From NCBI GenBank assembly GCA_977020255.1, contig CDROCS010004085.1, forward strand, positions 1 through 64,000: a stretch of DNA of 64,000 nucleotides, written 5' to 3'. The notes under the pieces are model-generated. The model searched no databases, was not told the DNA's origin, and saw nothing but the letters and a program-made list of their open reading frames with translations. Shown piece by piece: positions 40,687-50,267 of the stretch (position 1 is the stretch's first letter; each line of letters starts with the position of its first letter). This stretch comes from Obrimoposthia wandeli (Eukaryota). The position numbers and the translations under genes are program-made.

Positions 40687-41667
40687 ATGCCATTATCAAT
40701 AAGAATTATCAGCTCTCCAGACGGTGAAAGTATTGCAGAATGGAATAAAGCATTTCCTGAAGAAGGCGGCGATATTGGCCGCGCTTACGGAGTAACAATG
40801 CAGCTCGGTGATGCAAGGCGTGAAGTATCAAGCAAACACGTAGTGATCAACAAAACACATCGTGGCTATCAGGTAGCAGACAACAGTACCAACGGTTTGT
40901 TTATCAATGGGTCAAGTAACGCGCTCGGCAAAGGTAACCAATCTGTACTTAATGATGGTGATGTACTTGATATTGGCCGTTACCGATTATTAGTGTCGTG
41001 CTTTATTCCTGATCAAGCCCGCGCCCAAGAGTTTAATGAGCTTTCTCTAGAGAATGGTGCCTTTGGTGATGACCCATTCAGTAGTGGTAATGATCTCGAC
41101 ATGGGTCAACGTTTTGAGCCTCATGCATCCCAAACGACGGCATATATTTCGACAACACACGAAAAGTTAGTTGAAGTGGAAATGCGACATTCTGATGTGG
41201 TTGAAGGTGACCCGTTTCAAGTTGCTACTACACATAAAAAAAGACAACGAAATGATTTTAATATGAACTTTAGCACGTTAGATGATGATCCATTAGCCGA
41301 GTCTGACTTTCAGTCGACCTTTCTCGTCAGTTCAAAAAATAATATTTCACCGCCGATTTCATCTTCTTCGCAAGATCGTTCTATGACTCAATTCCGTTCG
41401 AGTGAAGATCGAATGCAGCAACAGATGGATAAAGCATTAGAGATGGCTCTTAATCGTCTGTTGACTGATATTTCACCACAAGGGCTTGAGTCTATGTTTG
41501 ATGATCTTATGGCGCCGCGCTTTTGGCAAAGTAAACCTAAGTATTGGGATATGTATAAGCGCTATTTCAGTCGCCAGATGGACAATCGTGATTGGCAAAT
41601 CAAGTTTCATGCGTACTTTCAAGATGCGATGCGCTTGCAAAGAAATCTGGAAGGAGAAAAACAATGA
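40687..41667 (+). CDS. tagH: T6SS FHA domain protein (TagH/Fha)
   Basis: FHA motifs IGR, VSSKH, STNG and LNDGDVLDIGRY; C-terminal helical region (WDMYKRYF). Confidence 0.92.
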   Translation: MPLSIRIISSPDGESIAEWNKAFPEEGGDIGRAYGVTMQLGDARREVSSKHVVINKTHRGYQVADNSTNGLFINGSSNALGKGNQSVLNDGDVLDIGRYRLLVSCFIPDQARAQEFNELSLENGAFGDDPFSSGNDLDMGQRFEPHASQTTAYISTTHEKLVEVEMRHSDVVEGDPFQVATTHKKRQRNDFNMNFSTLDDDPLAESDFQSTFLVSSKNNISPPISSSSQDRSMTQFRSSEDRMQQQMDKALEMALNRLLTDISPQGLESMFDDLMAPRFWQSKPKYWDMYKRYFSRQMDNRDWQIKFHAYFQDAMRLQRNLEGEKQ

Positions 41668-42128
41668 ACCGACTGATTATCGTCGCGATGATTACATTGC
41701 TCTCAGGCTGTAGTTTTTGGGGACAAGAAGATATTACCTCTCAGCTGTTTTTGAAGATTAAAGCGGCATCTAATATCAACCCGAATGTTGAAGGCAAACC
41801 ATCACCGATAGAAATTCGAGTCTATCAATTGAGTGACAGCCAAGCGTTTGAACAAGCTGAATTCATTCAATTATATAACGATGCGCAAGGCGTACTTAAA
41901 GCTGAAGTTCTATTAACTCGTGATCTGGAAAGTATTCTGCCTGGTGAAGAACGTAATGAGGCTTTGCCCTTAGCTTCTGAGACTAAATATATCGGTATTA
42001 TTGCTGGGTTTGCCGACTATCGTGAAGCAAAAAACAAAGCCATTTATCAACCCTTTGTATTGGGTTCATCAGCAATTAATATTGTGCTAGATGGCATCAA
42101 CCTGTCTATATCGGGTGAAGAGGAATAA
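41664..42128 (+). CDS. tssJ: T6SS lipoprotein TssJ
   Basis: Lipobox LSGC, NPNVEGKPSPIEIRVYQL and YIGIIAGFADY. Confidence 0.95.
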   Translation: MNRLIIVAMITLLSGCSFWGQEDITSQLFLKIKAASNINPNVEGKPSPIEIRVYQLSDSQAFEQAEFIQLYNDAQGVLKAEVLLTRDLESILPGEERNEALPLASETKYIGIIAGFADYREAKNKAIYQPFVLGSSAINIVLDGINLSISGEEE

Positions 42129-42130
42129 TT

Positions 42131-43447
42131 ATGGATAAGAACAAAGTGGTTTGGAGTGAAGGCATGTTTCTTTCACCACAGCATTTTCAGCAGCAAGAAC
42201 GCTACATTGAGAACTTTACTCGTGAATATGCGGGTCAAATGACGGCGCAATGTTTTGGTCTTACTCAGCTAGAGCTAGATCGTTCGATATTGAATATTGG
42301 TAAAGTGTCTGTTCGTAAAGCGAGGGGTATTTTCCCTGATGGCACACCATTCGAAATTAAGCGTGGGCTGGTTTTAGATGTGCCCAAAAACACCGCTCAT
42401 AAAAAAGTCTATTTGGCTCTTCCTCTTTCTATGCCAGGTGTTGTTGATGTTGGCGAAGGACAGCGTTTAAGAAACGCGCCACTTGAGCATCGCGTATTTG
42501 ATAGCAGTCGAGAACATAGCGAACCGGTACAACTAGAGTTAGCTGAACTTAATATTGAGATCAAATTGGAAGGGCAAGAGCTGCAAGATTACACCCTGAT
42601 TGCAGTCGCTGATATTAGTGAGCATAAGTCTGAAGGTGCGGTGATATTGAATCAAGCATTTGTGCCTCAGTGTTTGCATTTTGGGCAATCTAATTACTTA
42701 AAAGATTGCGTGGCGGATGTATTTTCACAGGTGCAATACCGCGCACGTACAATTTCAACAAGGTTACAAAAAGAACATAGCAGTAAGAGTTACCAAGCTC
42801 TAATGCGTGATTACTTATGGTTACAAGCATTGGGTGCTTGGATGCCAAAATTGCAGCAATGGAATGAAGATCCAACATTGCTGACCAAGTATTTGTATTT
42901 GGAATGCACTTCAATGGCAGGGCAACTGCAAGGGCTTGAAGGTAAGATGCCAAAAACGTTTATGCCTTGGGATCAAAATGATCTGTATGGCGTATTTTCA
43001 GCTGTCTTTTCAGAATTGTTCGTGCTGTTGCGTGAAGTTCAAATTGATAACGTAACCACCCTCAAATGGGATACTCAGTTATTTACGAGCCGTCGGCTAC
43101 TACGCACGATTGTTCAAGATCGAAGCCTATACAACGAAGGTCGCTTTATTTTGGTGGCAACGTCAATTATTGGCGCTTCTCGTTTGAGTGAAGAGTTTCC
43201 TCAGGCAACGAAGCTTGCGGGCAACAGCGATATTGCGGGCTTGGTGCGTAATGCACTTTCTGGCGTCTCTTTACGTAATTTGCCTTACGCTCCAGCGGAA
43301 CTGAAATCGAAGAACGATGCCGCCTATTTTGAGATCGATACCAAGTCTGAACTTTGGCAATCGCTTGTGAAAAAAGATGAACCAATCGCCTTGCATATCG
43401 ACGAAAGAATTGACGATATTCAAGTCGAGTTTCATGTGATTAGGTAG
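42131..43447 (+). CDS. tssK: T6SS TssK
   Basis: KVVWSEGMFLSPQHFQQQERY, GIFPDGTPF, LVRNALSG and YFEID. Confidence 0.97.
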   Translation: MDKNKVVWSEGMFLSPQHFQQQERYIENFTREYAGQMTAQCFGLTQLELDRSILNIGKVSVRKARGIFPDGTPFEIKRGLVLDVPKNTAHKKVYLALPLSMPGVVDVGEGQRLRNAPLEHRVFDSSREHSEPVQLELAELNIEIKLEGQELQDYTLIAVADISEHKSEGAVILNQAFVPQCLHFGQSNYLKDCVADVFSQVQYRARTISTRLQKEHSSKSYQALMRDYLWLQALGAWMPKLQQWNEDPTLLTKYLYLECTSMAGQLQGLEGKMPKTFMPWDQNDLYGVFSAVFSELFVLLREVQIDNVTTLKWDTQLFTSRRLLRTIVQDRSLYNEGRFILVATSIIGASRLSEEFPQATKLAGNSDIAGLVRNALSGVSLRNLPYAPAELKSKNDAAYFEIDTKSELWQSLVKKDEPIALHIDERIDDIQVEFHVIR

Positions 43448-43454
43448 GCATTCG

Positions 43455-44597
43455 ATGACTGGATTATTTAACGAAGAACCAACGATAGTCGTGCATCGTA
43501 AAGCGACTGAAACTGTCCATAATACAAATGAACTCAGTACGCTGACGGCTGAATTATCCGGTACAGAGCGATTAATTGAGACCTTTGCCGTATACGAAAG
43601 CTCATTACTCAATGCTGCGACAGAGCTGTTAGGCATGTTGGTTACTTTGCCTCGTCAAACGAGCCCAAGAGATGTCGAACGCTTTAGGCAACGAGTGCTT
43701 GATGCCATAGTGACTTTTCGTCAGCGCGGTCTTTATCTTGATTATCACCCGAGCATTATAGAGAAAAGCTGCTTTGTATTATGCGCTGCTTTTGATGAAG
43801 CCATTCTTTATACCTCTTGGGGTGAACAAGCGCGTTGGGAAAACCATTCTTTATTGAGTAAAGTTTTTTCGCAACGTAATGGTGGAGAAGCATTTTTTGT
43901 ATTGCTTGATAAAGCGAGTCAACAACCCGCTAAATTAGTGGATTTTCTTGAGCTGCAATATGTGCTTTTGATGCTTAATTTTAAGGGGCGTTATCGTCAT
44001 GAAGATGAAAATCAGCTGCACGAAATCAAATCGAACGTGTATGGCATCATTCGTCATTACCGCTCTGAAAACACATTACTGACCCCTAAAACGCCAGAAT
44101 TGATTATTGGTAAACAGCCATGGCGAATGCTCAGTTTTGGTAAAATGATGGGTTTAGTTTTTCTTTTTTTTGGGATGAGTTATGGCGCATCAGAGTATTG
44201 GTATTCAAACCGAAGTCAGCCAATTTTGCATCAATTTAGTGCTATTGATATGTCAGGTGTTAGCCTGAAAAGTGAAAATAATGATCTCGTTTACATCAGT
44301 ACCGATGCCGATATCGACCAAGTGGAACTGAATCCGATCAGTAATGAAACACCGAAACCAAAAGTGACGGTTATCCAATGGGAAGTGGTCTTAGCTGTTT
44401 TTACTCGTTCATCCGATGCCGTGCGAATGTCGGCTGAATTGCAGCAAGCGGGGTATGAAGCGTATACCCGCGAAACTGAGCACGGGATCGAGCTATTTTT
44501 ACGCGCTGGTGACAACTTGACGGTGATCCGTAAATTGAAAAATGAGCTTAATGTTCGTTTTGGTTTGAACGCTACGATTAGAAGAGCGCAGAAGTAA
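43455..44597 (+). CDS. tssL: T6SS TssL (DotU) with C-terminal SPOR domain
   Basis: FVLCAAFDEAIL, W..HSLLS, NGGEAFF, LELQY..L.L.FKGRY and a TM helix, followed by a SPOR-like C-terminus (WEVVLAVF...AELQQAGY...LNVRFGLNATIRR). Confidence 0.93.
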   Translation: MTGLFNEEPTIVVHRKATETVHNTNELSTLTAELSGTERLIETFAVYESSLLNAATELLGMLVTLPRQTSPRDVERFRQRVLDAIVTFRQRGLYLDYHPSIIEKSCFVLCAAFDEAILYTSWGEQARWENHSLLSKVFSQRNGGEAFFVLLDKASQQPAKLVDFLELQYVLLMLNFKGRYRHEDENQLHEIKSNVYGIIRHYRSENTLLTPKTPELIIGKQPWRMLSFGKMMGLVFLFFGMSYGASEYWYSNRSQPILHQFSAIDMSGVSLKSENNDLVYISTDADIDQVELNPISNETPKPKVTVIQWEVVLAVFTRSSDAVRMSAELQQAGYEAYTRETEHGIELFLRAGDNLTVIRKLKNELNVRFGLNATIRRAQK

Positions 44598-44598
44598 T

Positions 44599-47500
44599 AT
44601 GATTAAGACATTCCTCATCACATTATTGGTGATTACCCTCTTAGCTGGGATCACATGTGTATGGCTGTTGTTACCAACAGTACAGTGGTTGTGGCTACAG
44701 GTTAGCATCACTGTGGTTAGCGTGATTGTGTTGTCCGTTATCGCAGTATTTCTGTATAAATGGAGACAAAAAGAACGCGATAATCAAGATGTGCATGAAC
44801 AACATATTTTGCTTAAGCAAGACACTAAAGTTATTCAGCAGCTGTTTAAATTAGCGACAAAAAAAATCCGTGGTCATGGAACGAATAAGCTCGACAGCCT
44901 TTATAGCTTGCCTTGGTATATCGTTTTAGGTGGTGAAAAAGAAGCCAAAAGCGCGCTATTGCAACAAAACGGATTAGAACCTGTTCTAGATAAACACCTT
45001 CAAGATAGTGATAGTGAGCAGTATTTAAAATTTTGGAGCAACGATCATGCGGTCGTTATCGAAATTGGTCATCGTATTTTTGATAGTGAAGGCGTTGATG
45101 AAACGTTGTGGAACATTGTCGCGCAGCAACTATTAAAATATCGCCCTAGACAAGGTTTGAATGGTATTGCTGCGGTGATCGGTTGTGACCGTTTATTACA
45201 AGGTGATCGCAAAGAGCGTCAAAAAATCAGTTCAAACTATCAAGAAGCGGCGCTCTCTATGAGTGGTTTATTGGGCCTCACATTACCAGTATATTGCCTG
45301 TTCTCTAAAGCGGATACCATCGCTGATTTTGTAGAGTTTTTTGAAAGCTTTTCTGGGTGTGATGTTGAGAACCCATTTGGGGTGACATTCCCTTGCGATA
45401 CATCAAAACGCTTTGATAAGTATAAATTTGAAGAATTACGCAAAGAGTTATTGAAATCTTTGGCGACTCAGCAGTTCGAGCTTTTGAGAAATATAAGCAG
45501 TGAAAAGTCGAGTTCTGTTATTGCTTTTCCATATCAGTTACGCATCTTTTTTGATCGTGTTGAAGAATTGTTAACTGATATTGGTCGAGAAAATCGAGTG
45601 CGTGAAGCGGTATGGATCCGAGGCTCTTACTTACTCTCGTCGGGTCAAAAGGGCAATGAATTCGATTTATTAACTCAAACCGTTGCAGAACGTGCTGAGT
45701 TTAATTCCTTGCTAACCCGAGAGCAAACTCCAGGTCGTCGTAGTTACTTTACATCACGTTTATTTAGCCATGTCATTTTGCCTGAAAAGGGCATTGTAGG
45801 GGTGAATGAATGGCGTCATGCTGGTTATCTTGTAGCACGCAGCGCCACACTGTTATTCGTGCTTTCTGCGGTTTCTATGGTCGGTTTAGTCCTGAAAGAC
45901 AATTGGAATCAAGACGAGCAGTGGCGTGTGGATGCAATGACACAACTACGCTTGTATGTAAGCGATATTCAACGACTTGAAAATAACTATTCTTGGTCGG
46001 ATATGATTGCCATTCTTAATGAATTACGCGTAGTGGCTGATGCTGGGATCATGCCTAAAGCTTGGTATCAGCAAGTCAGTATTAAGCAAGGGGATACTGC
46101 CGATCGTATTTATACAACTTATCAAGATCAGCTTAATCTTATCTTGTTACCAAAACTTGAAGAGCTAATTAGTAGTGAGCTATATGTCTACGTCAGTTTG
46201 GGTAACCCGAGTAAAATCTTTGAAATACTTCGCTATTACCAAATGCTTTTTGATAAGCAATATCTCAATGTAGATGAGATACAAACATATTTGCTCGATA
46301 ATCTAAAAGATCAAGGTGACGTTTCATCAACTGACATCAATACACTATCAGTGCTTATTGAAGACTTATTTAATAGCAACTACAGCGGAAGTATTGCGCC
46401 TAACAAAGAGCTGATTGCGGTTGCGACGAATAATCTTGATGGCTTATCTCCTGAACGATTGATCTATGCACGCATTAAAAGCCTGCCTGAATACCGTAAA
46501 CAAGTTGATATTCGCCGACAGTTAGGTGAAAAGTTTGACTCAATGTTTGAATTTTCTGATGGCTTTCATGGTTATTTGGTCCCAGAAATTTTTACAAAGC
46601 AAGGTTATAGCCAAATTGATCTTACCGCCAAATCTGAATTACTTCGTAGACAACTGAGTGACTTTAAAGCGATTCAAGGCGATTCGTCAGGAACGTCAAT
46701 TACCGAAATAACTGATTTAAGTAAACAAATACAAAGGCTGTATTTTTCTGATTATGTCTATTACTGGAAAGATCTCCTGAATAATATTCATATTAAAAAA
46801 TTAGGGTTAAGTTCTGATTTCGCATATGCATTAAAGAATGCACGTGAGCCAGCAACCAGCCCTATTTTAGACGTACTTGGTGCCTTGGTTGTGAATACGA
46901 CCTTGGCGGTAGAAGAGCAGCCCGATACTAAAGGTAATAAACGTATAGCTTCTCAGCTTGGCTTAAAGAAAGTCGCTAAAGGGCTGAAAAAGGCTGACAG
47001 AATCAACCGAGCAGTAGGTGACAAGTTACTAAGATTACAACCTTCATATGCCGTCAATGAAGCTTTTATCAACTACGCAAATTACGTTAATGGTACAGGA
47101 AAGAAAGGGGGCCCAATCCCTATTGATGCATTGATTAAAGAGTTTGATGCACTAAATCTTTATTTTGATAGTGCACTCAGTAGTTCAAATCCAGGAAAAG
47201 CTTTTCATGCTTATTCTCTTGCGCATGCAGAAGGAAGCCAAGACGCAATCGAAGTGTTTAAACGTCAGGGAAGTCAATCTCCTAGCCAGGTAGCAAAGTG
47301 GACGCAAAGCATTGCAGATCAATCTTGGAAGCAGGTCGTTTCTGGGAGTATCGGCTACTTGAATAAGCAGTGGAATGAGCAAGTTTATCAATTTTATGCT
47401 GCGGCTGTTGAAGGTCGTTTCCCGTTTTCAGTTCAAGGTCGAGGAGAAGTAGATCTCAATGATTTTGTGCAGTTCTTTAAACCTCAAGGTCGGATTGACC

Positions 47501-48054
47501 AGTATGTCGATACATTACTCAAACCTTTTGTGTATTGGGATAACGGAACTCTAAAACTTAATGAAGTGGATGGGGTAACGCTGCCAATTAGTGCAATAAC
47601 AAGAAAGCAATTACGCCAGGCCCGCCAACTGCGTAAAACCTTTTTTGGCCCAACTGGTCAGGAGTTAGCACTTAAATTCGCCTTCCGCCCAAGCTCTATG
47701 AGTACTTCAGTAACTGCGTATCAAATTCGCGAGTCAGAAAGCGTATTTAGTTATCGCCATGGACCAAGAGTGTGGACTGAGCTTACTTGGCCTTCTACCG
47801 CGGTGGATGGATATCTAACAACCAATTTCTATCAAGGCGAGAACCGAGTCGCAACACGATCTTATACCGGCCAATGGGCGCTTTTTAGAGCTTTATTTGA
47901 TGGTAATTCGAGTAAAACTGCGACTCGCCTTGTACGTAAATGGAATTACAAGCTGAACGATAACAGCATCGTGATTGACTACACCTTACGTGACTCAAAT
48001 GAAACATTGGATAAGTCTTTGTTTACTTCGTTTTCTTTACCTTCAAAACTGTAA
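44599..48054 (+). CDS. tssM: T6SS TssM (IcmF)
   Basis: Two N-terminal TMs, LPWYIVLG..AKS.LL, KYRPRQGLNGI, PVYCLFSKAD, GRFPFS, F.P.GRID.Y and W.LFRAL. Confidence 0.96.
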   Translation: MIKTFLITLLVITLLAGITCVWLLLPTVQWLWLQVSITVVSVIVLSVIAVFLYKWRQKERDNQDVHEQHILLKQDTKVIQQLFKLATKKIRGHGTNKLDSLYSLPWYIVLGGEKEAKSALLQQNGLEPVLDKHLQDSDSEQYLKFWSNDHAVVIEIGHRIFDSEGVDETLWNIVAQQLLKYRPRQGLNGIAAVIGCDRLLQGDRKERQKISSNYQEAALSMSGLLGLTLPVYCLFSKADTIADFVEFFESFSGCDVENPFGVTFPCDTSKRFDKYKFEELRKELLKSLATQQFELLRNISSEKSSSVIAFPYQLRIFFDRVEELLTDIGRENRVREAVWIRGSYLLSSGQKGNEFDLLTQTVAERAEFNSLLTREQTPGRRSYFTSRLFSHVILPEKGIVGVNEWRHAGYLVARSATLLFVLSAVSMVGLVLKDNWNQDEQWRVDAMTQLRLYVSDIQRLENNYSWSDMIAILNELRVVADAGIMPKAWYQQVSIKQGDTADRIYTTYQDQLNLILLPKLEELISSELYVYVSLGNPSKIFEILRYYQMLFDKQYLNVDEIQTYLLDNLKDQGDVSSTDINTLSVLIEDLFNSNYSGSIAPNKELIAVATNNLDGLSPERLIYARIKSLPEYRKQVDIRRQLGEKFDSMFEFSDGFHGYLVPEIFTKQGYSQIDLTAKSELLRRQLSDFKAIQGDSSGTSITEITDLSKQIQRLYFSDYVYYWKDLLNNIHIKKLGLSSDFAYALKNAREPATSPILDVLGALVVNTTLAVEEQPDTKGNKRIASQLGLKKVAKGLKKADRINRAVGDKLLRLQPSYAVNEAFINYANYVNGTGKKGGPIPIDALIKEFDALNLYFDSALSSSNPGKAFHAYSLAHAEGSQDAIEVFKRQGSQSPSQVAKWTQSIADQSWKQVVSGSIGYLNKQWNEQVYQFYAAAVEGRFPFSVQGRGEVDLNDFVQFFKPQGRIDQYVDTLLKPFVYWDNGTLKLNEVDGVTLPISAITRKQLRQARQLRKTFFGPTGQELALKFAFRPSSMSTSVTAYQIRESESVFSYRHGPRVWTELTWPSTAVDGYLTTNFYQGENRVATRSYTGQWALFRALFDGNSSKTATRLVRKWNYKLNDNSIVIDYTLRDSNETLDKSLFTSFSLPSKL

Positions 48055-48057
48055 AAG

Positions 48058-48690
48058 ATGAAAGAAATGATGTTATCAACCAGCAGAAATGCGAGTACTC
48101 ATTTTGTTGTTAATGAGTTGGTTAATTGGGATGAAGTTGGGAAATCTTATGCCATAGAAAAAGATTTTCAACGTGAGCACTCCGCTCTTATGGATTGTAA
48201 AGGTCCTTATATTCAGGAGTTAGTGCGTGTAGATAACGGTAACAAATATTTGTTTTGTAAATTTTACAGAAATGCAATTCCTTTGAGTAAATTTGCAATA
48301 GAGCAAATCAGCCAATTTTTGGATGTGTTGCCTGCAATCATTAGAGCAATTGATCATTGCCATCGCAGAGGCTGGGTTCATGGCGATATAAAACCATCAA
48401 ACATTTTGTTTATACCTGAAACCGGCTCTATTCGACTAATTGATTTTGGTGCGAGCTTGCCTTTAGGAACAAATAGGCAAGGATTAGATTGCTGGCAGGT
48501 GTCAAAGGGGTATTCACCTGAAAATAAACTAAAAGGGTTAGGTGAAGTTACTGCTAGTGATGATTGGTACGCTTTATCAAAAATGATCGAGCAGACCATG
48601 AGTTTTATTTCGGACAAAAAAATACGGAGTCGAGCCATTTCCATTAAGTGCTCACTAACACATTGGTTCAATACAACATTAATTCAATAA
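48058..48690 (+). CDS. Minimal Ser/Thr protein kinase (T6SS-associated)
   Basis: HGDIKPSN catalytic loop, LIDFG, GYSPE and DWYAL; only 210 aa with no TM segment. Confidence 0.88.
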   Translation: MKEMMLSTSRNASTHFVVNELVNWDEVGKSYAIEKDFQREHSALMDCKGPYIQELVRVDNGNKYLFCKFYRNAIPLSKFAIEQISQFLDVLPAIIRAIDHCHRRGWVHGDIKPSNILFIPETGSIRLIDFGASLPLGTNRQGLDCWQVSKGYSPENKLKGLGEVTASDDWYALSKMIEQTMSFISDKKIRSRAISIKCSLTHWFNTTLIQ

Positions 48691-48742
48691 GAAATAGTTG
48701 AATGAACCGAATACAACATAATGATAATAAATAGGAGGCACT

Positions 48743-50077
48743 ATGCCTGTTTCGATTGCTGATATTAACGAGAGATGGGATACATCTCAGATGGACATAC
48801 AACAGCGAGAGCTTTTTTATTCTCGAATCAATATTATTAATTATTTAGCTGAATTAGAAGTGTCACCTGCAAGTGGTGTTAGCACGGGGGTTGTTGGCAA
48901 TCTCTTGTCCGATACGACAGCTCTAGAAGATATAACAATGCTAGCAAAAAAGGGCTGCACGACTATTCTAAACCATGCTGACGATAAGTTTACTTTAACT
49001 AAAACGGCGTCAAGTGTTGCGGCAGTCATTAAAAACAGTAAGGTTGGTAAAGCCGCCAGTGCTGTTTCACATGCTTTTTCAGAAGTAAAAGAGAAACTGA
49101 AAGCTCTTATTTCAAAGGGTATTGGGAAAATTATTGCACTACTGAAAAAGGTTTACGCACATTCTTCTTGGGTATTATCTTTTCTTTCTGATTTGTCTGG
49201 TTGGCTTGTTGAATCGATTACCGAATCAGTATCCAAAGAGTTAAAAAAACTTATTCCAGGTGTTGGTTATATCCAAGGTGCTGCTGATTTGTATGCCGGT
49301 GTAAAAAAGGCAATTGATGGTGTGGTTGATTCGGTATCCATTCATCGCTCGGGTAAAGGTGTGGCATTACTTGATGGCCACCCAAATGAGATTGCTTATT
49401 GGCTTGAAAATCATATGGTATCAAAGGCGTTATCGGGCACTATTGATTCTCTTATTGCGGTAACAAAGCTTACCGTTGAAGCTGCCGGAGATGCAGCTGG
49501 TGGGTTTGGTAGTATTTTTGGTTATGTAAGTGGTGCCATTACTCGCTTAATTAAATTTATCGAATATTTTATTCAACGAGTAAACCTGTATCGAGTGTTG
49601 AAAAAAGCGAAAGATGAGCAGTCAAAATTACTTTCTCAGAATTCGATTACAGGAGATAAAGTCCGATTTAATCGTTGGTTTAGTTCGACGTTAAAGCGGA
49701 GTCCTGTGGTTGGAGCGTTGGTATTGCATTCCGGTTCTGCGGCGTCTTCATATAACTTTTTGAAGTTGATGGATCATAAAGGTCAGTTAATCTCGGATGT
49801 AAGTTGTATTAAAGGTATGAAACATATCGAAAATATGAAGAAGTTATCTGGTAAGTATATTCGTAGTTACAGTGGTGAATACAGCCTGACCTTTTCGTCT
49901 GGTTGTGGGTGGCAAAACGAATTGCTTAAACAGCAGCTAGAAGCGCCAGATGCCTATCAGATTACTACCGATGTAGAAGCTCCAAAGTGGCATGCATTGC
50001 AGCGTAGCAATGCAATACGTAGGCATGAGTCACCGTTAAAACGCCAAGCTGCTTTTCGACGTAAAGCGTCTATTTAA
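48743..50077 (+). CDS. Hypothetical alpha-helical protein, candidate T6SS effector
   Basis: Strong AGGAGG RBS, 444 aa, Gly/Ala-rich amphipathic and hydrophobic helices; directly follows the T6SS kinase. Confidence 0.85.
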   Translation: MPVSIADINERWDTSQMDIQQRELFYSRINIINYLAELEVSPASGVSTGVVGNLLSDTTALEDITMLAKKGCTTILNHADDKFTLTKTASSVAAVIKNSKVGKAASAVSHAFSEVKEKLKALISKGIGKIIALLKKVYAHSSWVLSFLSDLSGWLVESITESVSKELKKLIPGVGYIQGAADLYAGVKKAIDGVVDSVSIHRSGKGVALLDGHPNEIAYWLENHMVSKALSGTIDSLIAVTKLTVEAAGDAAGGFGSIFGYVSGAITRLIKFIEYFIQRVNLYRVLKKAKDEQSKLLSQNSITGDKVRFNRWFSSTLKRSPVVGALVLHSGSAASSYNFLKLMDHKGQLISDVSCIKGMKHIENMKKLSGKYIRSYSGEYSLTFSSGCGWQNELLKQQLEAPDAYQITTDVEAPKWHALQRSNAIRRHESPLKRQAAFRRKASI

Positions 50078-50095
50078 CTTAGTTGTTATTGAAAG

Positions 50096-50128
50096 GGGTC
50101 ATCGCAATGTTGCGTTGGCCCTAATTTT
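50096..50128 (+). terminator. Probable terminator
   Basis: GGGTCATCGCAA / TTGCGTTGGCCC stem followed by TAATTTT. Confidence 0.55.
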
Positions 50129-50267
50129 ATTTGAATACGATGCTTATTCATCATGTATCAGAGGCTCACAATAACGGATTTTCGACCTATCTAGTACGAA
50201 AAAATTTAGTGTGCGAGTATAAATACGTAACTAACGTAATATAAAAATTATAGCGTGAGAGAAGTAA

